Of a DNA stretch of 47,184 nt, positions 18,896-27,732 are shown one piece after another (the first letter of the stretch is position 1; each line of letters starts with the position of its first letter). The DNA comes from Planctomycetota bacterium. Its GTDB lineage: Bacteria; Planctomycetota; GCA-002687715; DRQF01. The stretch is taken from the NCBI GenBank assembly GCA_036479435.1, contig JAZGFI010000263.1, forward strand, positions 1 to 47,184, given 5' to 3'. Position numbers and translations under genes: made by a program. Below the pieces are notes generated by a model. The model saw only the letters and a list, made by a program, of their open reading frames with translations, was not told the origin of the DNA and ran no database searches.

Positions 18896-20116
18896 ATGGC
18901 CAAGTTCGTCGTTTTCTTCTTAACGCTGGTGGTTACCAGCGGTTTGGCGCTCGCACAATTCCCTCAGATCGAGACTGAGATCGTCTCTGCTGACCCAAGT
19001 CCGACTTTGCTTTCATATGGACAATGGAGCGCGGGTTCGATCTCAATCGCCACGGACATCGATATCTTCGTTTTCCAGGGATCGCTCGACGAGCAGGTCA
19101 TTATCTCAGTCGATGGTTTGAGCACTAACCTAGACATATCCCTACGCCTGATTGACCCAGCAGGCGTCCAGCTTAATGCATGGACCTGTTCCGCCAACGG
19201 GTTCAACACCTGTTCCCTGTTCGTCGGAGACGTTCTCCAATCAAGCGGGATTCACACGCTTGTCGTCCAAGACTCGGGCAGCGACAACACTGGAAACTAT
19301 CGCATTAGTCTAGAGCAGGCTCCGCCGCAACTGAGCGCGCCTTTGATTCCCAGCAACTTCAACTGGACCGACTCCATCTCACCAACAACGGATGTCGATT
19401 GGGTGGCTTTTGCGGCTCAGCCCGGCGACCAGATTCAGATCAACATCGATGGCCTCACCACTAACCTCGACATGTTCGCCGCGGTCTATGCCCCCGACGG
19501 GTCTGTTTTTGCGTCACAAGCCTGTTCCGCCAACGGGTTCAACACTTGCTCTCTCACCATGACGCTTAGCGGTATTACCGTCGCAGGAATCTACCATCTA
19601 CGCTTGTCCGACGACGGCGTCGATAATGCTGGCGGCTATTCAGCCACCGTGCAGTGTATCTTCGGCCCGTCGTGTCCACTTCCGTTCGTGAATCTGCCCG
19701 GATCGAATGAAGATCTCTTTTTAGCCATCGGCCTCAACGGCGCGGTAGCGACCCAGTTCCCGGACACCCACACTGCCACGGGTGGCGATGTCATCGATAT
19801 CGTCATGTGGTCGCCCGCCGGGACCTTCACCGGATCAGCGCCGCTCATTGTGGCCGATGTTCGCGTTCCCGGCACTCCGTCCCCTTCGCCCTTTGGATTC
19901 CCAGAACTCCACGTGGATTTCGGCTCGTTTTTGTTGTGGAGCCCAGACACCACGGTCTTCGGTATTCCGGGCCTCCCGATAAATGGCATCAACTTCAGCG
20001 TGAACACTCCCGTCAGTCTCGCGAACTTCACGGTGATCATTCAGGGAATCGTGCTTAGCTGCGGGTCTGTGAATGGTGTACTTGCGGCAACTGACGCCCA
20101 TGAATTCGCGTTCTAG
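18896..20116 (+). CDS. secreted protein with two PPC-like (pre-peptidase) domains and a C-terminal module
   Basis: Signal peptide MAKFVVFFLTLVVTSGLALAQ; internal duplication (DVDW/DIDI, DGL[S/T]TNLD, CSANGFNTCSL, G.Y.L). Confidence 0.8.
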   Translation: MAKFVVFFLTLVVTSGLALAQFPQIETEIVSADPSPTLLSYGQWSAGSISIATDIDIFVFQGSLDEQVIISVDGLSTNLDISLRLIDPAGVQLNAWTCSANGFNTCSLFVGDVLQSSGIHTLVVQDSGSDNTGNYRISLEQAPPQLSAPLIPSNFNWTDSISPTTDVDWVAFAAQPGDQIQINIDGLTTNLDMFAAVYAPDGSVFASQACSANGFNTCSLTMTLSGITVAGIYHLRLSDDGVDNAGGYSATVQCIFGPSCPLPFVNLPGSNEDLFLAIGLNGAVATQFPDTHTATGGDVIDIVMWSPAGTFTGSAPLIVADVRVPGTPSPSPFGFPELHVDFGSFLLWSPDTTVFGIPGLPINGINFSVNTPVSLANFTVIIQGIVLSCGSVNGVLAATDAHEFAF

Positions 20117-20132
20117 TTGAGATTTGTGAAGC

Positions 20133-20165
20133 GAAGAGGAGGCGGCAGCGCTTCCTCTTCTCTTA
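20133..20165. terminator. hairpin terminator between convergent genes
   Basis: GAAGAGGAGGCG-GCAG-CGCTTCCTCTTC 12-bp stem. Confidence 0.65.
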
Positions 20166-21131
20166 CTTACGGCGTTTGGGGCGGGGAACGGGTTTAGGAG
20201 TTCGGCGAATTTTTTGGAGGGCGGCGGCGTGGAGAGGGAGCGTGCTGGTGAGGTGGTAGTCGGCCCAGTACCAGCTGTGGCGAGCTTGGCTGTCGAGGAG
20301 GAGTTCGGGGCCGTCGAAGGTGTTGTTGAGGCCGCGGTGTTCGAGGGCTTCGACGAAGTGGCGGGTACGGTCGACGTTGCCGATGCGCTCGTCGGCGGCG
20401 GAGCGGACGTGGAAGCGGAGGGAGCGGAGATCGGAGAGACGTTTGCCATTGGCTTTGGTGATGAGGGCCAAAGGGTTGTGGCGCTCCATCTTGCGGCGGT
20501 CCCAGGTCTTGGCCCGGCGAAAGTAGGGAGCGCAGGTGTCAGAGAACCACAGGATGTCGTCCTTGCCGGTGGCGCTTTCGCGAGTGTCGAGTTGGCCTTC
20601 CCACATGAGGCTGGGGTCGTAGGCGCCAGCGGAGCCGAAGAGGTCAGGGCGACTGGTCGCTAAGAACATGGAGGAGTAGCCGCCCATGCTGAATCCGTCG
20701 AGCGCGGCGTAGCCGCGACCTTGGCCGACGCGACAGTTGGCTTCGACCCAATCTTTGATCTCGTAGAAGTGGTCTTCGAAACGACCGTTGCCAACCCCCC
20801 GCTCTTTGCCGTCGGCACTCCAGTTGACCGGCACGCCTTGCGTCATGCGCGAGTTTTCCATGAAGCCTGCAAGGACGACGACGAAACGCGTGGCGTCGGG
20901 GCTGGCGATGTAGTGATCGAGAGTGCGGATGAGACCGGGCCGGCCGTCTTGACGTCCGACCCATTCGCATTCGTGACCGCGAAATAAGTAGAGAACGGGA
21001 TGGGGTTCGGATTGGTAGCCGTAGCTGGCGGGAAAGTAGATCCCGAAGCGTCTGAGCACACCCATACATGAGGTTGGCAGGGTGACCCAGCGAAGCTGTG
21101 AGCCCGAAGCTGTAGTTGACGATCGAAACAT
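20163..21131 (-). CDS. alpha/beta-hydrolase, putative esterase family
   Basis: IYFPASY..PVLYLFRG, nucleophile elbow GFSMGG, C-terminal HSWYW; start uncertain (21131-21191). Confidence 0.82.
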   Translation of the reverse strand: MFRSSTTASGSQLRWVTLPTSCMGVLRRFGIYFPASYGYQSEPHPVLYLFRGHECEWVGRQDGRPGLIRTLDHYIASPDATRFVVVLAGFMENSRMTQGVPVNWSADGKERGVGNGRFEDHFYEIKDWVEANCRVGQGRGYAALDGFSMGGYSSMFLATSRPDLFGSAGAYDPSLMWEGQLDTRESATGKDDILWFSDTCAPYFRRAKTWDRRKMERHNPLALITKANGKRLSDLRSLRFHVRSAADERIGNVDRTRHFVEALEHRGLNNTFDGPELLLDSQARHSWYWADYHLTSTLPLHAAALQKIRRTPKPVPRPKRRK

Positions 21132-21231
21132 GAAGGGCCACTCAAAAAAATGACAGCCCATGGTTTTCGCATGGGACCGAGCGGCTTTCAAGTTCAGTCC
21201 TTGATCCGCCGGTCCTGTCTTGGGCTTGTGG

Positions 21232-22278
21232 CTAAGGAATCGTGAAACAAAAGGCCGCGGTCAGATGGACGACGTCTGCATGGGGTCCGTAGACGACGGC
21301 TTGAAAGCTGCCGAGGATTCCCGGTGGCAAAAACGACAGGCCAAAGGACAAAAAGCTGCGGCCCGTGGGGTCGAGCACCGCGAAAGTGTCCAACAAGGAG
21401 TCGGGATTATTGCCGTCGAGGATGATGGTCAGATCGGCGAAGTTCGTACCCAAAAGGCCCAGATCCAAAGACCCGATGCCGCCACCGAAGATCACGTTGT
21501 TGAGATTTAGCGAGCCGAGCAACAAAATCCAGGGACAACCTGGGTCGCCTTGAACTTCGATATCGAGCGTGCTGCTTTCGGCAAAGAAAGGGCCGTTGCG
21601 CCCGATCTCTGGAGGGCGACCGTTGGCGTTTAATCCCCCACTAATGTCGAGGAAAGCATCCGCGCGATTGGCCTGACCACTGTCGTCTGGCGGCAGTAAA
21701 CGCAGGTCGTCGATCAGGACGCCGTCGAAGGGTAAAGCGCCATCGCTCGTTTGTTGGAAGATGATTTGGAATTGCGCATTCAACGCGATGCCCGCGGCCG
21801 CAGCCTCGGCGACCAGATCAATTTCTACCTCCTGCCAAAAACCAGAGAGGTTGCTGTGCGAAAAGATGAGCGCCTCGTTGAGGCCATCTGAAATCAGAAC
21901 GCCTTCGTTGGGGTCTTCTTCGTCGAAGGCTTCGCGGGCGTAGTAGAGCAAAGTTTGCACGTTGCTGGCGGGCATATCGACGAAGAGCGTCGCACGGTTC
22001 GTGACGGGGATACCGCCCGAAAGCGAGTCCATCACTAAAGCCAGCCCGCCAGAAACGGGCGAAGGGTTGTTGTCGATGCTCAAAAAGATGCGGCCCGCGG
22101 GGCTGCCCGGTGAAAGATCCCATTCACCGCCAAGCGGCCCCGCGTCGAAATCCTGCAAGTAGGGCGCCACCGTGATGGGCGACGGTGTTGACTGCGCCCT
22201 CAGTGAGTCACTGGCCAGGCCGAGCGACAACAAGACCGCCAACATCAAACTCGTTCCCGAAAGTTCGCGAAGCTTCAT
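21232..22278 (-). CDS. secreted hypothetical protein (jelly-roll-like N-domain) with C-terminal module shared with upstream S8 peptidase
   Basis: Signal peptide; PYLQDFD..W, WQEVEIDL, DGVLIDDL pattern; 4-nt overlap with S8 gene. Confidence 0.75.
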   Translation of the reverse strand: MKLRELSGTSLMLAVLLSLGLASDSLRAQSTPSPITVAPYLQDFDAGPLGGEWDLSPGSPAGRIFLSIDNNPSPVSGGLALVMDSLSGGIPVTNRATLFVDMPASNVQTLLYYAREAFDEEDPNEGVLISDGLNEALIFSHSNLSGFWQEVEIDLVAEAAAAGIALNAQFQIIFQQTSDGALPFDGVLIDDLRLLPPDDSGQANRADAFLDISGGLNANGRPPEIGRNGPFFAESSTLDIEVQGDPGCPWILLLGSLNLNNVIFGGGIGSLDLGLLGTNFADLTIILDGNNPDSLLDTFAVLDPTGRSFLSFGLSFLPPGILGSFQAVVYGPHADVVHLTAAFCFTIP

Positions 22279-24794
22279 AGCACAGTCACCTCCGTCGCGG
22301 CGCTAAAGGTCACCACGGGAACCGGTCCTGTCGTGTCGTAGAAAACAGTCTGGAAGGCTCCCAGCACTCCTGGAGGAAAGGCCGGCATCAACAACTCAAT
22401 GCGTTGAGTGCCCTGTGGCCCCGTGACGGCTAGAAAGTCGAAGAAGCTCGCAGGAAAAGCACCGTTCATGACCAAGTTCAAATCGGCGAGGCTCGGGCCG
22501 ATCAAGCCAATGTCGAGTTGGCCCGCGGCACCCGCGCTGAAGTTGCCGCGATTCAAGGGAGCGATGAGCAGCAAAAACGGCGTACTCGCAGCCCCTGAGA
22601 AACTAAACTCGATGGACTCGCCGGGTACGCGGCTGACGAAGAAGGGACCGTTCGTTCCGACTTCGGGCTTTTGGCCATTGAGGTTCACGGCATCGCGGAT
22701 CTTCAGCGAAGCCGCGATTTGATTGGCTTGGCCGCTATCGGCGGGGGCTGGGGCTAAGGCCTGGACCCCGCTGATCACCAGCGAAAAATCGGCGTCGAGC
22801 GCCGCGGTTTCGACGTGACCGTCTTCGTTGATTTCCTCGGCGGTGATTTCGATCGTCCAGGTGCCTGCCTGCGGGCTTGCGATCACGACGCGCTCGACGG
22901 TGTCGATGTGGTCGGGGCTTCCGCCCGAAGTCGACACGTTGCCGACCAACAGACCCGCATTGCCGTGGTAGATGATTCCGGTCGGTGAGGTCACCTTGAG
23001 GCTGAGATCGTTCACCCGGTGTACCGTGCCCGCCGGGTTACCGGGGGGATCGGCGAACACCATGGTCACGCGTAACTCCGGGGTGCTGGCGTTGACGGTG
23101 ACGATCTGCTGGTGGATTCCGAGCGGCGTCAAGACGACGGACTCGTCGATGAACTGCATGTTGTCGCGGTCGTCATAGAGACGCTGAACATCGGGGTGGC
23201 CCCAGCCCTGATGAGTGCGCGTTAGATCCGCCGCCAATCCGCTGAAGGCGTAGGAGCGCGCCGAGTTCAAAAGCAAAGCCTTGGCGAGCGTCATCGAGGG
23301 CCGGTTGTCGAAAACGTCCCAGCTAGCGAGCGCGTTGCCGAAGATTCCATCGGCCCACATCTCGTGCACCAGCCCGGCGGCTCCGGCGACGATGGGAGTC
23401 GCGGCACTCGTGCCGCCAAATGCCTGCAGGTAGCCGATGAAAGGTGACAGCGTAAAAACCGAGTCGGCGAAGGAACAAAGATCGGGTTTGATGCGACCGT
23501 CCGAAGCGGGGCCGATGCTGGTGAGCCCGGCCCATACATCATCGGCGAAGGCGGCGGTGTCGCCGTGCTGAACGCCACCCACCGAGACGATGTTCTTCGC
23601 CCAGGCTTCGGGACGCGAATCTTGGGTGCCAGAGTTGCTCTGCGACTGGAAGACTAAAAAGTCGAGGTCGAAAAGGATCTCATCCATGTCGGCGGAGATC
23701 GCCGAGTAGGTCGTGGTCAAGGGTGAGCCGGTACTATTGGTTTCCAGCACGCAGCGGTAAGGCGGCAAGAGAAGTTCGGCAGTTTCGGCCGCTCGGTCGA
23801 CAGTTGAAGATTCGGATTGAAAGACTCCCTGCGCATCGGGCAACAGACCACGCGCTTGCGAGTTTCCCAGGCCGGGACTAAAGACGATGCCGTACACGGC
23901 GGTGCCATGGCCGGTGGGACCTAGGGTGCCAACATGAGAAATCGGCGGGCCTAGCTGGAACTCGGCGTGGTTGAATTCAAGGCCGAAGTCGCGAACTTGC
24001 GCCCGCACCCCGATACCGCTGTAGCCCGCGACGAGTTCAAGCGAGTCAGCCCCCGTGGCGATGCGCGCTTGGTCGACGTCGGCTTCGGTTGGTCCCCAGG
24101 GTTCAGCGAAGAACAACTCGTCGCGATGGGCGACCTCGATGAGCTGTTCGCGGTTGAGTCTTACGGTGAGCAAGCGTCCACTGGGAGCCAAGGGGCGCAC
24201 AAGATCGCCACCGATGCCGCGCACGAAGGCGAGCAAGCGCTTTTTTTCTTCGAGGCCGCTCCGCGTCGTCATCAAGGTCCAGTTGTCTGGTACTTCGCTG
24301 GCCTTGCGGTCGCGAAAATCGAGGCGCCAATAAGGCTGATAGGGGCCGACCCAACGCACGAAAGGCAGGGCGCGCAACTTCGAGAGTCGGGCGATGTCAC
24401 CGCGAACGAGGCGCGCGCAGTCGTGAAAGTGCTGGAGGATCTCGAAGCCAGCTGCATTCAGTTCGCGCCGATATGGCGAGATCTCGGGTGTCCTGAATTG
24501 AATCAGGAACAGCCGCGTGTCGGGCCGAGAAAGTAAGGCCTCGGGAATGGACGCGGCGTAGCCCGGATGCGCGACGGGATCTAAAAGTCCTGAGCGCAAA
24601 CGAAGATGGCGAGCGAGCGGGCCGCGGCGGACCTCACCCTGACCGTCGCTTCTTTGTAAGGAGTAGGTATCGCCGCGAACCTCGAGACGAAGGCCATCGG
24701 CTTCGGCGCGGAAGTCTTGCGCGCTTAGGCTCACCAAGCTCCATGAGAGCGATGTGATGAATGTGAACATGAAGGGGAACGTGCGTAGCGACAT
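22275..24794 (-). CDS. S8 family subtilisin-like serine peptidase
   Basis: Triad motifs VRDFG, HGTAVYG, GGTSAATP; AKNIVSVG, DGRIKPD, QGWG; signal peptide and propeptide. Confidence 0.92.
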   Translation of the reverse strand: MSLRTFPFMFTFITSLSWSLVSLSAQDFRAEADGLRLEVRGDTYSLQRSDGQGEVRRGPLARHLRLRSGLLDPVAHPGYAASIPEALLSRPDTRLFLIQFRTPEISPYRRELNAAGFEILQHFHDCARLVRGDIARLSKLRALPFVRWVGPYQPYWRLDFRDRKASEVPDNWTLMTTRSGLEEKKRLLAFVRGIGGDLVRPLAPSGRLLTVRLNREQLIEVAHRDELFFAEPWGPTEADVDQARIATGADSLELVAGYSGIGVRAQVRDFGLEFNHAEFQLGPPISHVGTLGPTGHGTAVYGIVFSPGLGNSQARGLLPDAQGVFQSESSTVDRAAETAELLLPPYRCVLETNSTGSPLTTTYSAISADMDEILFDLDFLVFQSQSNSGTQDSRPEAWAKNIVSVGGVQHGDTAAFADDVWAGLTSIGPASDGRIKPDLCSFADSVFTLSPFIGYLQAFGGTSAATPIVAGAAGLVHEMWADGIFGNALASWDVFDNRPSMTLAKALLLNSARSYAFSGLAADLTRTHQGWGHPDVQRLYDDRDNMQFIDESVVLTPLGIHQQIVTVNASTPELRVTMVFADPPGNPAGTVHRVNDLSLKVTSPTGIIYHGNAGLLVGNVSTSGGSPDHIDTVERVVIASPQAGTWTIEITAEEINEDGHVETAALDADFSLVISGVQALAPAPADSGQANQIAASLKIRDAVNLNGQKPEVGTNGPFFVSRVPGESIEFSFSGAASTPFLLLIAPLNRGNFSAGAAGQLDIGLIGPSLADLNLVMNGAFPASFFDFLAVTGPQGTQRIELLMPAFPPGVLGAFQTVFYDTTGPVPVVTFSAATEVTVL

Positions 24795-24810
24795 GGCGCG
24801 ATCCTAAACA

Positions 24811-24844
24811 AAAAGAGCTGGGAACCGTGGCTCCCAGCTCTTTT
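24811..24844. terminator. bidirectional-type intrinsic terminator
   Basis: AAAAGAGCTGGGA-n8-TCCCAGCTCTTTT. Confidence 0.85.
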
Positions 24845-24881
24845 ACCGCACTAAGGTCGCAGGGCTTCGCGAATACCCTCT

Positions 24882-26420
24882 CTACTTAAGTCCAAAGACT
24901 CGCGGGTAGCGGTAGTAGACCTCTAAGCTCAGCGCCATGAGGGCGGTTGCATAAATACGCCCCCCGACTCCGCCCCAAGCTCCCTTGGGATCCCAAGATC
25001 CTGCGGCGCAGCCGTCGGCTCTTTGGGTCTCGACGATGGCCGGAACCATCGCGCGGTTCCAAGACCTCCAGGACGAACCTCCGACTTGGAACATCGCGAG
25101 CGTGCCGTAGTACCAGTAGTACATGTCGATCGACCCGCGGCTTTCATCCCAAAGGGGCAGGCACTCCACCACAACTTGTTCGGCACCGAGCTTGATCATC
25201 TTGTCCTCTTCGGGATCGGCCCCCGCGAAGATGCGCACCAAGATACCGGCGGCGGTCATGGCTTCGGACTCCGTACCGGGAAACTCTTCGAGCTTCCCTT
25301 TCTCGCGCACCGTCGCCGCCCCGGTCATGACGTATCCCGTCCGACCCGTTTCTTCGTCGGTCATCTGATCGATCCAATCCACGGCCCAATCCAAGCTTCG
25401 TTGGGGCACTTTCATGCCCGCCAACTTCGCTGATTTAAGCGCCATGACCATCCACCCCGTTACCGAAGTGTCGGAATCAGCGCCTTGCTCGCCGTAGCGC
25501 CAGCCGCCGTAAGGCACCTGGCAGGAGAGGCAGAAGTTGAGAGCTTTCTCCGCTGGCTTTTTGAACAGCGGCGATCTGGTCATGCCGTAGGCTTCGATCA
25601 TCGCCAAGCTGGCGATGGCATGGCTGTAGGTGAAGCCCTGGTGACGCGCACCGAAGCAGCCTTCAGCGTCTTGGGCATCCACCAGCCACTTCAAGCCCGA
25701 CCGCACGGTCTGGCGATAATCTCCCGCCTTGTGCGTTTCGCCCGCACCGAGATAGGTCAAGATCGCCATGCCGGTCAAGCCGACGTCGTGCAAAGGGTTC
25801 GCCCCGGCACCACGGCAGCATTGACAGTCTTTGGCATGAGGTTCGCCAGCCCGCGCGATGAAGTCGTCACCGTCCCAGGAGCCTTTGGCGTGCTGGTGGC
25901 GTTTCAACCAATCAAAGGCGGCACGGAGGGTTTTCAGGTGTGGAGGCCGACCGCCGGGGCCACCCAGACCATCGCCGCGACCAAATCCGTCTCCGCCTCC
26001 AGGGTTGCCATCGCCGAGGCCAATGACATTGGGGTTGAGACTGGGCTCGCCAGTTTGATCGCTGAAATCCGAGTCGTCGCGGTCAAAAGTGTTGAAGTCC
26101 GCGACGTCGGAGGCGTGATCCTGAGTGTCGATGTTCGGCACGTCAACGGGATCGACCTTGGGCACTTCGGGCACGTCAACGGGTTCGACGGGGATCACAT
26201 CATCGACCGGCTCGTCGGGGACATCCTCGTTGTAGGCCACTTCCATGGTGTTGGGCAGGTCGGCGATGGCGGCATCGGGCGACAACAGGATCACCAACAT
26301 GAAGACGAAAGCGTGCAGAGCGGTCGACACCAAAAACCATGGCGTCTTGCGCAACTGATCGGTTAGAGCGTCGTTGAAGTCCTGGCTAGGCGGGTTGGAT
26401 GAAGGATGTTCATATCGCAT
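24882..26420 (-). CDS. membrane-anchored prenyltransferase/squalene oxidase repeat protein
   Basis: PWFLVSTALHA anchor, acidic and Gly-rich linker, QW-like repeats (WLKRHQHAKGSW, WLVDAQDAEG, GGWRY, DTSVTGW, YYWYYGT, GSWDP, GGRIYATA); ATG at 26420 with AGGA. Confidence 0.85.
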   Translation of the reverse strand: MRYEHPSSNPPSQDFNDALTDQLRKTPWFLVSTALHAFVFMLVILLSPDAAIADLPNTMEVAYNEDVPDEPVDDVIPVEPVDVPEVPKVDPVDVPNIDTQDHASDVADFNTFDRDDSDFSDQTGEPSLNPNVIGLGDGNPGGGDGFGRGDGLGGPGGRPPHLKTLRAAFDWLKRHQHAKGSWDGDDFIARAGEPHAKDCQCCRGAGANPLHDVGLTGMAILTYLGAGETHKAGDYRQTVRSGLKWLVDAQDAEGCFGARHQGFTYSHAIASLAMIEAYGMTRSPLFKKPAEKALNFCLSCQVPYGGWRYGEQGADSDTSVTGWMVMALKSAKLAGMKVPQRSLDWAVDWIDQMTDEETGRTGYVMTGAATVREKGKLEEFPGTESEAMTAAGILVRIFAGADPEEDKMIKLGAEQVVVECLPLWDESRGSIDMYYWYYGTLAMFQVGGSSWRSWNRAMVPAIVETQRADGCAAGSWDPKGAWGGVGGRIYATALMALSLEVYYRYPRVFGLK

Positions 26421-26577
26421 TGCGCTGGTCCTTTGGTTGAAAGACAAACGCCCGGGCGCCGAATTTGTCGGCTGGTCGACCCGCGAAGAAACGCAGCTGT
26501 CGACGATCGGTTCAGAAGTTTTGATTTTTGGCGGACGATTGCGCTTGAGTGAACACCCATCGCAGCAAACAAGGAGC

Positions 26578-26684
26578 GGCGCCTAGGCCTCGCTGGTTCG
26601 CGTCCCCGACACCAGGTAACGCAAACCGTCGAGACGGCAGCTTACGGGATCAATGCGGTCTCAATCCCAGAGGTCTTTGGCGCC
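26578..26684. ncRNA. candidate multi-branched structured RNA, family not recognised
   Basis: Closing stems GGCGCC/GGCGCC and GGCCTC/GAGGTC enclose three hairpins (CTGGT/ACCAG, CCGTC/GACGG, GGGAT/ATCCC). Confidence 0.35.
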
Positions 26685-26712
26685 TGGCCTATAACGCGCT
26701 GATCGGCGTCGA

Positions 26713-27627
26713 TCATCCGCTGCCTCGCTGGGCACCGAGGCTTTCCCCGATAGCGGCGGCAAGAAGCTCGAACTCCGGCTTGCGGATTGAGGTTGGTCGC
26801 CAGGCCAAACCGAGAGTCCGCGACGGCTTGGTACCGCCGAAGGGTATGAGTGTTAGCCCGCGTTCGGCGCGGGCTTCAACGTGAAGAGAAGTCTCGGGGA
26901 GCAAGGTGACGCCCACGCCGCCGCAAACCATCTGGACTAAGGTCGTAAGACTGCTGGCGCGAAAATCATCCAGTTCCTTCGCTCCGACGGTTTGACAGAG
27001 CGCGAGCGCTTGGTCTCGAAGACAATGGCCTTCTTCGAGCAGCAAGACCTGCTCATCGATCAGGTCCTTTTCGCTCACCCGTTTTCTTTTGGCCAAGCGG
27101 TGATCTGGGGGCACGGCAAGGACAAAGGGGTCGAGCATGATGGGCAGCGTCTCCACGCCACCGAGGTCAACATCGAGGGCGAGCAATAAAAGATCAAGGT
27201 CACCTTTCTCCAGACTCTTGAGCAATCGATCCGTCTGATCCTCCCTGATAAGGACTCTTAGTTTGGGATAACGTTCGTGAACCGCCTTCAACGCCGGAGG
27301 CAAGACGTAGGGCGCCACCGTGGGGATCACCCCCAGCTTGATCGTTCCGGTCAAGGGCTCGTGGAATGTCTCCGTCGAGGCGCTGAGCTCATGAAGGTCG
27401 GCGAGGATCGCGCGGGATTTCTCCGCAATTACCGCTCCCGCTGCGGTTGGCAGCACCTTACGGCGATCGCGTTCAAAAAGGCGAAAACCGAACAGTTGCT
27501 CGGCTCGCTGAATCTGAGAACTCAAGGCGGGCTGCGTGATGAAGCAGGCTTCGGCCGCAAGGCGGAAGTTCAGCTTGTCCGCAACCGCCACGATGCATTC
27601 AAGCTGTCGGATGGTGGGTAATTCCAT
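26713..27627 (-). CDS. oxyR: hydrogen-peroxide-sensing LysR regulator OxyR
   Basis: LysR HTH (NFRLAAEACFITQPALS), GVIPTVAPY, LLEEGHCLRDQALALC with both redox Cys, ASSLTTLVQMV. Confidence 0.9.
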   Translation of the reverse strand: MELPTIRQLECIVAVADKLNFRLAAEACFITQPALSSQIQRAEQLFGFRLFERDRRKVLPTAAGAVIAEKSRAILADLHELSASTETFHEPLTGTIKLGVIPTVAPYVLPPALKAVHERYPKLRVLIREDQTDRLLKSLEKGDLDLLLLALDVDLGGVETLPIMLDPFVLAVPPDHRLAKRKRVSEKDLIDEQVLLLEEGHCLRDQALALCQTVGAKELDDFRASSLTTLVQMVCGGVGVTLLPETSLHVEARAERGLTLIPFGGTKPSRTLGLAWRPTSIRKPEFELLAAAIGESLGAQRGSG

Positions 27628-27628
27628 A

Positions 27629-27665
27629 ATAGGCTCAGCTTATCACGGTCATCAGCACTTGCGAT
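27629..27665. promoter_or_regulatory. OxyR binding site
   Basis: ATAG-N7-TTAT-N7-ATCA-N7-CGAT versus known consensus ATAG-N7-CTAT-N7-ATAG-N7-CTAT, between oxyR and the divergent operon. Confidence 0.8.
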
Positions 27666-27732
27666 TGGAATTTATTACCCGGAAGGGCGATACTTCCCGA
27701 ACTAGCAACAAAGCCCCTTTGGGAGACTCATC

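Noticed and set aside
24882..26420. Annotation as squalene-hopene cyclase
   Set aside because: Single barrel-length repeat region and no DXDD catalytic motif in it; treated as generic repeat protein
26578..26684. tRNA-Sec, SRP RNA or c-di-GMP-I riboswitch identity
   Set aside because: No T-loop GTTCRA or UCA anticodon loop; SRP GGAAGGAAGCAGC absent; GCAAACC is present but GACGCAAAG is missing and the plus strand has no downstream gene
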